A DNA stretch of 62,044 nucleotides, filler included, from Globobulimina sp. (GCA_003354225.1; 25 parts of 25 records of this genome joined end to end with filler, not necessarily neighbours in it), one strand, 5' to 3'. Numbered from the whole stretch's first letter, positions 48,208-59,660 are shown. Made by a program: numbers and translations. Notes: generated by a model not told the origin, from the sequence alone.

Positions 48208-49624
48208 TGCAATCTTGTTTTTTGTTTTTTGGGTTTGGAAAATTTTGTTTTTGAATGCGACGAACAATCTCGCATTATAATATATAATTTAATTCAATAT
48301 TTTCAACTTACATACAAACAGAAACCGCGCGTAAGAAAGTTTTTAGCCTCAGACACGGCACTGGAGAGAGACACAGTTATTCGCAGTTACCTGGAAAAGT
48401 GGAAAGATGAGAAGCCACCAAGTGAGCCACCAAAGTGGCCGTTAAACGCCAATTTATGGGAAACGCTTTTGGAAAACAATAAGTGCTCCGATAGAAACGA
48501 ATTTGTAAGACAATTAAAAGAGGGGATGGACCTTACTAAAGATAAAGATATTGAATGCGACCAAGGAAAGGAATCTTACAAATTAACTTTAGAAGAATGG
48601 CGTTTTGTGTGTGAAAAAGTAGACGACTACAGAAGTAAAGAAAAAAACTGTGTTTGGGGAGCCTTCACTGACAAAGAGCTAAAAGAAAATCCAGCAATGG
48701 AAGGGCATAGAATTATGCCCCACTTCGTAGCACATAAGATTAGAGAAGACGGCACCGAAAAGTTACGAGTAGTAACAGACGCGTCAAGCAAGGGAAAGAA
48801 TGGAAAATCTTTCAATGATAATGTAGAAACAGACGAATCTAATTTAAAATATACACATATATATGAAATAATACAAATGATAGTAATGGCAGGTTTGGTA
48901 TGGTTAGTTATGGCAGACGCAGTCAATGCCTTTAACAGAGTACCAATTAATAAGAAATACATCAAATACTTTGGAATAAAGATAGCCCAATTTGTATTTT
49001 ATTGGACTTGTGTGGTTTTCGGAGGGTCGTCAAGCTGCAGAGTATATTCGTGGTTCGCAGCGTACGTTGTATGGATTATTATATACCATAACAAGAAGAT
49101 ATTCATCATAGCAGGTCATCCAACATATTATGGAGCCTGGCTACAATATTACACTCTGCTAATTTGGTTTGCAATTCTTGGCATTCCAACGCAAATAAAA
49201 AAAATGCAAATACCAACGAGAGTGATGAAGTATATCGGATACACAATAAATACGATCGATAGATCACTGATGATGCCAACTGATAAACTCTTAAAAATTT
49301 GCAAATTAGGCAATGAAATAATTGATTTGATTGATACGAAGCAAAAAATAACAGTACATATGATACAATCTTTTGATGGCAGCACACGTTTCGCAGCACC
49401 TATTTATTATTATTTTGCACCATTTTTAAGAAATATGGAGGAAGCAATCAGAGGAAAAGATAAAAATGACAAAGTTTGGGGCAATTTGGAAATAAAAAAA
49501 GACATACAATTAATTATAAACACCATAAGAGATACAAACAGAAATAGAATATCTTGGGAATGGCTGCTTTATACCAAAGACAAAGGAGACATTGTCGCTG
49601 AAACTGATGCTTCGGGCAAGTTTG
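48208..49624 (+). CDS. Reverse transcriptase lacking the YxDD box; RNase H start; 3' partial
   Basis: KLRVVTDAS, ADAVNAFNRVPI, VVFGGSSS, LGIP...K, KYIGYTIN, TDASG present; no DD between FGGSSS and LGIP. Confidence 0.85.
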
Positions 49625-49724
49625 NNNNNNNNNNNNNNNNNNNNNNNNNNNNNNNNNNNNNNNNNNNNTTAATTAATTAANNNNNNNNNNNNNNNNNNNN
49701 NNNNNNNNNNNNNNNNNNNNNNNN

Positions 49725-50034
49725 ATATTTTGGGCCATCCCACTCTGTCCATTAAATCCGTAAATACCACGGTTCCACGCTTTGCTGCCTCTTCTCGTAA
49801 TTTTGGGAACATTTTCAATGTATATTCTTCAGCTCCATACAGTTTCTCTTGCGCATAATAGTCAGAATTTTGGTTAACTAGAGACCAATCAAAGTCCCAG
49901 CAAACCACAATATTCTTTTTCTTAGATGATGGACATGGAGAGGAGTGAATTGGTAATGGACAGGAAGAGGTTGATAGTGATGAGGAGGATGAATCTGCTT
50001 CGGTTTGTTCTTTTTCTTCGTTTTTGTTCAACAT
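49725..50034 (-). CDS. PHOSPHO1/2-like HAD phosphatase N-terminus (3' partial)
   Basis: VVCWDFDWSLVNQNSD (DxDxS/T motif I). Confidence 0.8.
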
Positions 50035-50295
50035 TTGGGCTTTGTAATGTCAGCTAAAATTAAAGTGCACGAACGGGCGGAAGCTAGGAGATGGATATCG
50101 GATTAAAATAGAAGAAAGGGATTTATTTTTTTAGCTAAACTGTTTTAATCTTTTAATCTTGCTAACAAAGTCCGGTCCGTTAGCTGTTTTTAATCGTATG
50201 ATTGAATGGCGATCAGTTGACCACTCACAAACGTTTACTGTCTTTAAATTATATCAATTTGCTCGGAGCCTCGGAAAAAATATAAGTAGAATCAG

Positions 50296-51107
50296 TTAAT
50301 GTTTTTGACTGCCACTCTCATTTTGTGTCTCTGTGTCTGTGTTTGTTTGTGTTGTTTTATTTAATTTTGGTATTTGTTGATTTTCATATTCATCAATGGG
50401 TAATGGAACAAATAATTCATCAAATTGACATTCATCCATTTCTAACATTCTATCCACCAAATGATTATCATCTGCATTGCTGCCGTTATCATTATTATTC
50501 TTCTTGTTGTTGGTCTTATTATTGGTATCATATTGGGATTGAATCAATTGTGCCATTTTTTCGTGCAATGCATTATTTTGCAATATTTCATTGAACCGAT
50601 TAGTGTTTAACTCGAATAAACTTTGATTGTAATCATTGTCATCATCATCATATGCATCATAATGATTTAATCTGCGCCTTTTGCGTTTATTATGATTCAT
50701 TGTTTCATATTGTTGCTTTTCATTATTGTTTCTGTAATATTTATAGTCATCCATTAATTGATTAAAGTGACTCCATGTCTCATTGAATATGTTTCCATTT
50801 TCTTCATCGTTAAAGAATTCTTTTTGTAACTTGTTTTTTTCAACTTGTCTCTCTTTTAATTTTGCATAATCGGACAATATATCTCCTAAGTTGCGGATTG
50901 ATCCATTTACGGATATTGTTCGTAACATATGCTTTGCTTCAATAACAAACGTTGTTGCAGTCTTTGAAAATCCCTTATATAATATGTATAAATATTTTGT
51001 TTTTGCTTTAGTTATTAATTTGTCAATTGATTATAATTCACAGCATATACTTGTTGAATAAGCCATGAATGAACCAAACACGCGACTTCTGAGTGCGAAA
51101 CAGCCAT
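50296..51107 (-). CDS. LisH-domain (NPAT-N-terminus-like) protein; intron 50974-51050
   Basis: Spliced start MAVSHSEVACLVHSWLIQQ|GFSKTATTFVIEA...LGDILSDY; basic NLS-like KRKRRR. Confidence 0.7.
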
Positions 51108-51158
51108 TATCTTTTACTCAAGCTTTTTTTACAAAACTTAAATAAATATATTAGTATA

Positions 51159-51857
51159 ATGTCAACGAAAAAACAAAGCAAAAGTAGACCAGAAATAAAA
51201 AAGAGTTCAATCAATTCTCTATCTTTTAATGAAGACGAAACGGAATTATTGGCAGCAATCAGTGACCGATCCCTATATACCTTTATGTTGCCATTACCCG
51301 TCCAACGATTAATTGTTTCATATTCCATTGGTTTTCTTCATTCATTTTCAACAAATTATTGTCATAAAAATCTAAAGATAGTAAATAAAAAGAAATCTGT
51401 TGTGGTGAAGAAAGAGGATGGATGGAGCCGAAGAGTGAATTGTGATAAAATAATGAAATCTGGAATACATTTTATTGAATTTAAAATCAACGCAAAGACA
51501 ACGGATATCTCCATTGGAATATCGAATTTAAGTTATAATATAAACAGATTTGTTGGTTTTGATGAAAATAGTTATTCATTGGCGTGCGGTGGAAAGCTGC
51601 AACATCAAAATGATTCAGATTACAATGAATATTATGTTCATAGCAAAGCAACACAATGGAAGTCAACACCATATGAAGCAAACGATGTAATTGGAATGGA
51701 GCTAAATTTAAAAAAAGGATTTGGATATTCATTGACATATTTTTTGAACGGGAAAAGTTTGGGTAAAGCATTTGATAACATCTTACAATTGAAAAACAAT
51801 GGGTATGTATTTGCAGTTAGTATGGCTTACAAAGATGATATGATAACGATTGAATAA
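51159..51857 (+). CDS. SPRY/B30.2-domain protein
   Basis: SGIHFIEFKI, ISIGI, VGFDENSY, DVIGMELNL, YFLNGKSLGKAF. Confidence 0.85.
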   Translation: MSTKKQSKSRPEIKKSSINSLSFNEDETELLAAISDRSLYTFMLPLPVQRLIVSYSIGFLHSFSTNYCHKNLKIVNKKKSVVVKKEDGWSRRVNCDKIMKSGIHFIEFKINAKTTDISIGISNLSYNINRFVGFDENSYSLACGGKLQHQNDSDYNEYYVHSKATQWKSTPYEANDVIGMELNLKKGFGYSLTYFLNGKSLGKAFDNILQLKNNGYVFAVSMAYKDDMITIE

Positions 51858-52502
51858 TCGTTACAAGTGATCGCCACAATGATTTAGGTCACTAGTTCAT
51901 ATTTGGTAGTCCAACTTAATTGGTTACCAAAAACGTTTCAGAGGGTTCAAATTAATTCTATTCTGAAACTGAAAGGGGTTAGAAACATGTTATTGAACTA
52001 GTCATCACTACAATATATATGTCAAAGCAACGTTTTTATGCAAAGGGTGCCAGTATTTCTGAAACTTCTGACTAAGAATATATACATTCAACGGAAACAG
52101 AGAGTTATNNNNNNNNNNNNNNNNNNNNNNNNNNNNNNNNNNNNNNNNNNNNTTAATTAATTAANNNNNNNNNNNNNNNNNNNNNNNNNNNNNNNNNNNN
52201 NNNNNNNNTTGCAGGCACTTTTACAATCACTGATTTTAAAGTTGATCATGGTGCATCACAGGGGCTGTCAGGGAGTGTGTCGGGCAGTTTTTCCGTTCCC
52301 TATGATACTGGCGGAGGCGGCATGTTTACAGCTCAGGGTTCAATAGGGGTATATCCTATTAATATAAGCAATTTAACCGGGGCCATACTTCAACCTGGAG
52401 TCAAATTGAATGGTACTATCAGTGATAACACAATCTCGGGTACTTTTATTGATCATAGTTGGAATGATCTTTTTAGAGTGTATGGATCTCGAATCAGGCA
52501 AT

Positions 52503-53376
52503 ATGTCATGTGTTGGAGATAAAATTCATCTTTGTGATCGGCAGGGTATCTGTAAGGATATTGATTGTCATAGCCTTTGCGGCAAAATGAATGCGCATAA
52601 ATCCAATTTCATATCGCATCTCGCATCGCATACTGGACGCAAACCATTTAAATGTCGTATCGTGCTAAATAGCGGCGAATTTTGTGCAACCGAAGCATCG
52701 ACGAGACAGAATTTACAAACGCATATTTTCAAAGTGCACAAACTCTCCGTTAAGCACAAATTGCAACAGAACAAAAACAAAAACAAATCGCATCATTCTG
52801 ATGCATCCAAGAAAAAGAAAAAGAAAAAGAAAAAAGTTTTGTTTTTACTTTTTATATTTGATGTTTTCTATTTTGATTTTTGATTATATGCAAATTGCTA
52901 ACTCAGCATTTTGATCAAATCAATCATAAAAATATAAAAATATATCTATCTATAAAATATATTATAACTAAGCATATACAAAAACACACGTACATTTTTG
53001 ACACATTTTTGCACAGAAAAAGAGAAAATACGAGGAAATGGATGAATTCATTGCCGATATGGATGTTACTGATCCCATTTATGGATATTCGTATAAACCC
53101 CGAAGGTCCAAAAGACAAAAAACAAATCGAAAATTATCAATCAAACAACAACAAAAATTACCATATTATCATCCGTTGGAAATATTAATTGCCGCAGCGA
53201 CCTATGTTGAAATGAACAACATTTCCATTGAAAACAAGGTAACGATGACCGCCGAAAATATGAAAGAAGCCGCAAGAAATTGGGAGAAAATATTAGACGC
53301 TCAAACCATTCAAAAACTAAAAAATGCGGCTGATTTAATTGATGATATTTCCACAACAAAGCAAATTGACTGTTAA
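52503..53376 (+). CDS. C2H2 zinc-finger protein; intron 52836-53016; 5' end uncertain
   Basis: CGKMNAHKSNFISHLASHTGRKPFKC...C...NLQTHIFKVH; poly-Lys tract; phase-0 intron joins to ORF 53038-53376. Confidence 0.75.
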
Positions 53377-53450
53377 CTGTCAAAAGTCAATTAAAATACT
53401 TTGTCATTTATAATTACAAATTGTTATTATTTTGTTCACATTAATTCAAT

Positions 53451-54590
53451 TCACAAATTGTCTTTTTCAGCGTTAATTAATTTTAACGGTATTAATCGAT
53501 TATAATTCAATTTGCCAATTCTAACATACGCACTTTTATCCTCTGTATCATAATTTAACCTAAAAACATCCGTCATATATTCCATAATGCCATCTTCATG
53601 ATTCTCCTCATTTGGATTCATTTTTGGCTTCAATTTGATAGCAGTAAAATCAATATTTGATGTCATTAATAATAAATCATCAAATTCCATTTCAACACCA
53701 TCATCTTCCTCCTTTTTCTCTTCTCTCTCCCTCTTATGTTTAAACTTTGCATCCAGACTTGGAATATTCTCCACTTTCATGTGCGATGTATCACTTCGGA
53801 GCAGCTTAATGATAGAAATTGCAACTTTTGCCGATGAGTTCCTCACTCTTTTTTGTTTAGCAACCATTCGACACCATTTTGCTGAGATAAATAATGTTTT
53901 ATCAATCATCCATTGTTTGAATTTCCTTCGAAAAAATTGCCCCATTAACAATGAAATATATCCATCCACAGCGGCATAAATAACTAAATTTATTGGTATG
54001 GGTCTCTTTGCCCATAAACAAGAATCTTTTCGCATCATTGCCTTGACACTTTGCTTGTGATCAAAACAATTCACTTTGATTTTTTTCAATTTTTTTTCAT
54101 TTGGATGTTTGACAGTAATTTTATGTTTGACAGTGTCATTTGATGCATCCTTTGCAAACAAATCGGCCAATTTTATGTATCTGCCCGTATTTTGTGATTG
54201 TATGCAAAATAAAACTTTGTAATCCCGCGCTCTGTTAATAGTATCATTGGCGACTGCCGACATACCCTTTAATCTATAAATACGCCTTGCTTTTCCTAAC
54301 CAAACCCTACCAACTAAATCAGCGATGGTTGTGTCGAATATTCCATTTAATTCAATACCATAACAATGATACAATGCATCTTGATCTTGACGCGAATCAT
54401 GAATGAATTTAGTAAATTTATCCGATGCGAGCCAGTCTGATAAGGATTTGGGTATTTTATAATCCATTTTTAAGATATCAAACAAATAAATATGCGTTTC
54501 ATCACAGATTTGAATTAGTGATAATTTGCCGGTTCTGCCTAATGTTATAATTCCTTCGCAATCAAAACCGACACAATCTGTATATAATAA
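53451..54590 (-). CDS. DEDDy 3'-5' exonuclease, EXD1/Egalitarian-like (5' partial)
   Basis: Upstream of the listed ORF: VGFDCEG...LGRTGKLSLIQI; then HDSRQDQDAL, FDT, WAKRP...YAAVD. Confidence 0.85.
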   Translation of the reverse strand, partial: LLYTDCVGFDCEGIITLGRTGKLSLIQICDETHIYLFDILKMDYKIPKSLSDWLASDKFTKFIHDSRQDQDALYHCYGIELNGIFDTTIADLVGRVWLGKARRIYRLKGMSAVANDTINRARDYKVLFCIQSQNTGRYIKLADLFAKDASNDTVKHKITVKHPNEKKLKKIKVNCFDHKQSVKAMMRKDSCLWAKRPIPINLVIYAAVDGYISLLMGQFFRRKFKQWMIDKTLFISAKWCRMVAKQKRVRNSSAKVAISIIKLLRSDTSHMKVENIPSLDAKFKHKREREEKKEEDDGVEMEFDDLLLMTSNIDFTAIKLKPKMNPNEENHEDGIMEYMTDVFRLNYDTEDKSAYVRIGKLNYNRLIPLKLINAEKDNL

Positions 54591-54693
54591 ACNNNNNNNN
54601 NNNNNNNNNNNNNNNNNNNNNNNNNNNNNNNNNNNNTTAATTAATTAANNNNNNNNNNNNNNNNNNNNNNNNNNNNNNNNNNNNNNNNNNNNT

Positions 54694-55104
54694 TTGACAC
54701 ATTATTTTTATGGACATCATAAATTTAATGAAATTGATGGAAATCACGATGTTTATATTAATCATTTTCCTCCATATCAAATAAATAATGAATCTCAAAA
54801 CAATAACAAGAAAAATAAGAAAAGCAAAAAACAAAGAGCCAAATTTGATGTATATAGTTATCATATGGCCCAAATATTTGATAATGTCTGGTGTAAAACA
54901 CATGAAATAAATGAAAATTCAATAAAACTCAATGTTGACGATTTATCATTAATTTTAGGAACTAAACAGAAAATGCGATGCGCTCAATGCTATCAAACAT
55001 TTCATATTTGTCGAGCTATTAAATTATGTGATTGTTTTAAAGGTTGCTTTCTTGTCAAAGATTTATATCAAAGACATAAATCAATGGTTATGGATTGGAA
55101 ATAA
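54694..55104 (+). CDS. C-terminal fragment with Cys motif
   Basis: Open from contig edge; CAQC...C...CDC. Confidence 0.45.
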   Translation: MTHYFYGHHKFNEIDGNHDVYINHFPPYQINNESQNNNKKNKKSKKQRAKFDVYSYHMAQIFDNVWCKTHEINENSIKLNVDDLSLILGTKQKMRCAQCYQTFHICRAIKLCDCFKGCFLVKDLYQRHKSMVMDWK

Positions 55105-55192
55105 TTTAAATCACCTGTTTTAACTTTTAAGTACGAAGTCCGCAGTCTAAATGTTTTTGTTTTAAAGTACAAAGTAAAAACGATCAGAAAAC

Positions 55193-55522
55193 ATGAGTTT
55201 AAATCAAGACCAAGAGTTTCAAAAATATCTGACAGAATTAGAGATCAGGTATTATTTTCTTGAAATTTCTATTCATTGCGGAATTCTGTTGATTGTAATG
55301 TGCTATTTAACATTTAACAGAAATTATCAGCAGAGATTCTCCAATGTGACACAATTTTGTTTTGATCAATGCGTTCATAGTTTTAAAAATAGAGACATTG
55401 TAATTGAAGAAAGGCAATGTGTTGAATCATGTGTGGATAAATACGCAAGTGCATGGGATCGATGCATTAAACGCTTTCAAGAATATATGCTCATGCAACA
55501 ACAAATAAGGCCGCAACAATAA
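55193..55522 (+). CDS. TIM9: Small Tim (Tim9-like) mitochondrial chaperone; in-frame intron 55249-55320
   Basis: Twin CX3C: CFDQCV...EERQCVESCVDKY; removing the 72-nt GT-AG segment gives an 85-aa protein. Confidence 0.8.
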   Translation: MSLNQDQEFQKYLTELEIRYYFLEISIHCGILLIVMCYLTFNRNYQQRFSNVTQFCFDQCVHSFKNRDIVIEERQCVESCVDKYASAWDRCIKRFQEYMLMQQQIRPQQ

Positions 55523-55801
55523 TAAAGTATCATCCTTCAATCAGCGGATAAAATGATAAAAAATCTGCAATTGCAATCTAAACAATGTATCAATAGAAGC
55601 TAGGAGTCATCAATAGGAGTCAACAAAAAGTGAGCATGAAAAGAGCAGATTCTGATTCTGTTAAAACTTGTCTAATTCGTCTAGAAACTCGTCTAATTCT
55701 GACTTCGTTTAAAAACACGTGTTGTCCGCGTTGTTTGCTGATCGGACCAATTAATAAGATTTATGAAAAAAATCGTCAGTTAAAAGATCTTGGCGAACAT
55801 A

Positions 55802-56914
55802 ATGAACAATTACAACCAAAATCAATACGGGAATCAAAATCAGCAACACGGTAACAATCAATGGGGTAATAATTCACAGCAACGACCACAGCAGAAACAA
55901 TATAATAATAATAATAATAATAATAATAACTGGAATCAACAACAACGAGGCAATTGGCAACCACAGCAACAGCAACAGCAACAGCAACAATACAACAACC
56001 AATCTAATAATAATAACCAATACCAACCACAACCACAGCAATATAACAATAACAATAAAAATAACAATAGCTGGCAACCACAACCACAACAACAACAACA
56101 ACAGCAACAACCATTACAAACCAATGCGGGAAAAGGTGTAGGTAACACTGACGATGATGGATGGGGATTTTCAGCAAAACCAAATCAAGCTAAACAAAAC
56201 AAAAAGGCTAAAAAACAGAAATCGCAGACATCAGGAGGATATTCTCAAAAACTCGCCAGATTTGGTGGAATATGGGGCATTTTAGCAATAATAGTTGGCA
56301 TTGCAGCTGTGTTGTGTGTGGTTATTGGGATGAGTATAAATGAAATAACATCACGTGACAGGACAGCAACAGCTGCTACAAAATGTGGCTATTTTTCTGA
56401 AACAATCTGTGGTGAGCCGATTATGACTAGTTTATTTAAATCAAACTTTGATGTTGAATGTGAAGATGTAGATGGCAAAGATTGCTGTACATTTAAAATG
56501 ACAGATGCGTGCCAGTTAGGCTTTATTTGTGCTGAAGGTGATACGTGTGTATATTGTGATAATTTAAAGGTTGGAACTCTATTGTTTTGGATTTGTATCA
56601 TTGCATTGGCTTTGTGTGGTGTGTCAACTGTCTGCATTTGTCTCAGTTTTGCAAGACAATTTGCATGGATTGGCTATGGAATTAGTATTATTGTACTTAT
56701 AATTGGTTTAATTGCCTATCCAACAATGATTGGAAATGTAGACAGAGAACTAGGTTGTGGTGGTAATGCGTATTGTTGTTATTTCACACAATGTGATGTT
56801 AATGATGTAAATTGTCCGACTCCTATTGGTCGGACATATGTTGCAATGATTGTTTCTATTATTTGTTGCATTCTATCCATTGTGTTATTGTTTATTTCCA
56901 AAAAACGGGTGTAG
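55802..56914 (+). CDS. Q/N-rich N-terminus + four-TM claudin-like domain with Cys-rich loops
   Basis: About 100 aa of Q/N/W/Y repeats, then four hydrophobic helices. Confidence 0.75.
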   Translation: MNNYNQNQYGNQNQQHGNNQWGNNSQQRPQQKQYNNNNNNNNNWNQQQRGNWQPQQQQQQQQQYNNQSNNNNQYQPQPQQYNNNNKNNNSWQPQPQQQQQQQQPLQTNAGKGVGNTDDDGWGFSAKPNQAKQNKKAKKQKSQTSGGYSQKLARFGGIWGILAIIVGIAAVLCVVIGMSINEITSRDRTATAATKCGYFSETICGEPIMTSLFKSNFDVECEDVDGKDCCTFKMTDACQLGFICAEGDTCVYCDNLKVGTLLFWICIIALALCGVSTVCICLSFARQFAWIGYGISIIVLIIGLIAYPTMIGNVDRELGCGGNAYCCYFTQCDVNDVNCPTPIGRTYVAMIVSIICCILSIVLLFISKKRV

Positions 56915-57543
56915 TGTCTGAATATAATTATTTTAGTTTTAATTTTTATTTTAGCTGTATATATAAATTTTTGTTGAGTAAAATTGAATGCTACAGGTTT
57001 TTTTGTAATGTTGAGTGCTAAAGGTCCGATTCCAGACACTCCATTTAACGATATCCCAAAAATGACATTGTTCAAANNNNNNNNNNNNNNNNNNNNNNNN
57101 NNNNNNNNNNNNNNNNNNNNTTAATTAATTAANNNNNNNNNNNNNNNNNNNNNNNNNNNNNNNNNNNNNNNNNNNNCAAACACACAAAACACACAAATAT
57201 TACAAACAGTACAACAGTATGATAAAATCACACCAAAATAAAAACGCCACACCAAAATCATGTAAAATCGCAGTCCATCTTTTGTTGCACATTGCACATT
57301 TGCAGATATGCAAAAACAGAGTGCAGAAAGTGCAAAAAGTGCAAAAAATGGAGACGATTAATATTACAATAAAAACACGTACGTTTGACAGAAAATAACT
57401 TTGAATTTTAAAGTTATTTGCTGCTGAACGTCATACCATACACATTATGTATATGACACTATATACATACAAAAAAGATCTAGATCAAACGTTGGGGAGA
57501 CATATATTATAAAGAACACACAAAAAAAAAGGGATTAAAGTCA

Positions 57544-58602
57544 TTAAACTTGAAATACATCTGAATTGATGTGACCAATGGTATTTGAGCTGTCACCATT
57601 TGCAGTCACAGATTTATCCAATTTTAATTTTCTTGGAGGTTGTGCACTGCTTAAACTTCGACTTTGCACTGCTTGATCATGACCATTATCATCATCGTGT
57701 ACAATTTTGCAGCAACAACAATTCCAAGCATAACACGACACGCATCGATAAGTAATTGATCCATGTAACAAATAACATATTTTCTGATACAAAAATTTGT
57801 GCTTTTTCGACGCTAAAATAACGCACCAACTGTTAACCGCAGCATCGAGGAGTGTCCAAATAGCAGCATTAGCAAAGAAAAAAGACAATAAATAGCTAAC
57901 TTGAGTGGTGATAATGGCCACAATGGATAGCAACATCAATCTGTTTAATAAATTATATTTAACATCAATCTGTTCTGTACTCTGCTGTATGTTGTTTTTG
58001 CTGATATCGATATCGTTTCTTGATGTGACTACAAATAATAATAACAACTGCCGACATACCAATATTGAAATTGTTAATGAGATAATGAAATCTCCCAAGG
58101 GTAGCAACACGTACATAAAGAGAGGGTACATAGAAGTACATATTTTCCCTTCCACAAAGTCTTTATTTTGAATAATAAGCAATATGGCAGCTGTCATGGC
58201 CCAGGCTATTAAAATAAATCTAATGATAATAATATGGATGGATTTTATTTTGATATATTCTACTTTTTGGGCATGTAAATTGGTGTTATTATAATTGCAG
58301 ACTATTACCAAACGTTCCAAAAAAAATATATAGAGTGACAACTTTGACCACGAATATGATATAGAAGCTGCACTAATAATTACATTGCACCATTCCATTG
58401 AATAAAATGGATAACACCACAATAGCATCGATACCGCAAATAGTATCATTGCACACAAAGAACAGATTGATAGCCATTCTAATGGAACCGGATTTGAGTT
58501 TGGTCGGATGATTTTGTATGAATGGAAAATTGTTAATATAATGTTATGAGTCAATACAACTACAACAGCACATTTCTGTGCAGATTCGTTATCAATTATC
58601 AT
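57544..58602 (-). CDS. 7TM GPCR-like membrane protein
   Basis: 352 aa, seven hydrophobic segments, SKLSLYIFFLERL motif, Cys-rich tail. Confidence 0.75.
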   Translation of the reverse strand: MIIDNESAQKCAVVVVLTHNIILTIFHSYKIIRPNSNPVPLEWLSICSLCAMILFAVSMLLWCYPFYSMEWCNVIISAASISYSWSKLSLYIFFLERLVIVCNYNNTNLHAQKVEYIKIKSIHIIIIRFILIAWAMTAAILLIIQNKDFVEGKICTSMYPLFMYVLLPLGDFIISLTISILVCRQLLLLFVVTSRNDIDISKNNIQQSTEQIDVKYNLLNRLMLLSIVAIITTQVSYLLSFFFANAAIWTLLDAAVNSWCVILASKKHKFLYQKICYLLHGSITYRCVSCYAWNCCCCKIVHDDDNGHDQAVQSRSLSSAQPPRKLKLDKSVTANGDSSNTIGHINSDVFQV

Positions 58603-58906
58603 GATTTATCTGTTGATTTGCAGAAGAAGTTTTTGGTTTTTTACTCAAATTAAAAAAACATACAATTCCACTGTAAGTCTATTGTGCATTTAATATTGTG
58701 GATTTTTGGGATTTTCATGAATTAGCAATTTCAAAATCCGCAATATTGAAATCAATCAAATTTAAATTAAATAATGAATAGATAAATTTAAAACAAATAC
58801 ATAATAATTAAAAAGTTTAAAAACAAAGTAATTCAATAAAAATTTATAATAATGACGAAAAATTTAATTAACAAAATAGAAAATATGTCAAATTGTATAA
58901 GGTCAT

Positions 58907-59560
58907 TTATTGTGGAGTGCTCGTCGTAGTGGTTTCAGCTGTATCATCTGCTATGGTTGCAGGCGGAGCATTTGTTGTAGATGTAGCAGCAGAATCTTTT
59001 GTTGTAGATGTAGTTTCTTGTGAGACGCCAGTGGTAGATATTTCTTTTGAATCTTTTCGGTCATGTTTCCAACCATGCTTCTTCCCTTTTTTTCTATGCT
59101 CTTTATACCATTCTCTCCCACGACTATTGTCCCATCCACCATGACTATCTTTTACAGGCATCTCAGTTGTCTCTGCAACACTTGTGGTCTCCGCACTGTC
59201 TGCTGCTGTTGTCTCGGGTGTAATTGTGGTACCTGTGGCTGTCGTATTTGTTGCACTTGTGGTGTCTGTTGCATTTGGGGCACTTGTGATCTCCGCACTG
59301 GCTGTTGCACTTCCAGCGTCTGTTGCTGTTGTGGTATCTGGTGCAGTTGTTGTATTTGTGGTATCTGTTGCTGTTGCATTTGGTGCACTTGTGATCTCCG
59401 CACTCGCTGTTGCACTGCCGGCGTCTGTTGCTGTTGTAGCCGGTGCAGTTGTTGTATCTGTTGCAGTGGTCTCCGCACTCTCTGCTGGATCTGTAGTCTC
59501 TGGCGCTTCTCTTGCATCTGTTGACCACCATCCTCCAGAACGACTATGATGATCTTTTTC
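58907..59560 (-). CDS. Mucin-like Thr/Ala repeat protein, C-terminal fragment
   Basis: Frame of 58907-59161 is open to the contig edge: TTATDAGSATASAEITSAPNAT twice, ...AETTEMPVKDSHGGW. Confidence 0.65.
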   Translation of the reverse strand, partial: EKDHHSRSGGWWSTDAREAPETTDPAESAETTATDTTTAPATTATDAGSATASAEITSAPNATATDTTNTTTAPDTTTATDAGSATASAEITSAPNATDTTSATNTTATGTTITPETTAADSAETTSVAETTEMPVKDSHGGWDNSRGREWYKEHRKKGKKHGWKHDRKDSKEISTTGVSQETTSTTKDSAATSTTNAPPATIADDTAETTTTSTPQ

Positions 59561-59660
59561 NNNNNNNNNNNNNNNNNNNNNNNNNNNNNNNNNNNNNNNN
59601 NNNNTTAATTAATTAANNNNNNNNNNNNNNNNNNNNNNNNNNNNNNNNNNNNNNNNNNNN

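Larger units (their letters stand above)
47241..49624 (+). mobile_element. DIRS-like retroelement fragment (gag-like ORF + RT and start of RNase H)
   Basis: ORF order and RT motifs; RNase H begins at ETDASG at the contig end. Confidence 0.8.

Noticed and set aside
55874-56148. Poly-Cys and poly-Leu ORFs
   Set aside because: Antisense of CAA/AAT codon runs.
59063-59549. Four overlapping ORFs (Cys-rich, Gln-rich, Val-rich)
   Set aside because: Shadow frames of a Thr/Ala repeat; only the frame continuous with 58907-59161 is taken as coding.
2389-59660. Regularly spaced TTAATTAATTAA motif and apparent gene neighbourhoods across it
   Set aside because: Artificial linker inside N-runs; adjacent contigs are unrelated, so no operon or cluster can be inferred.
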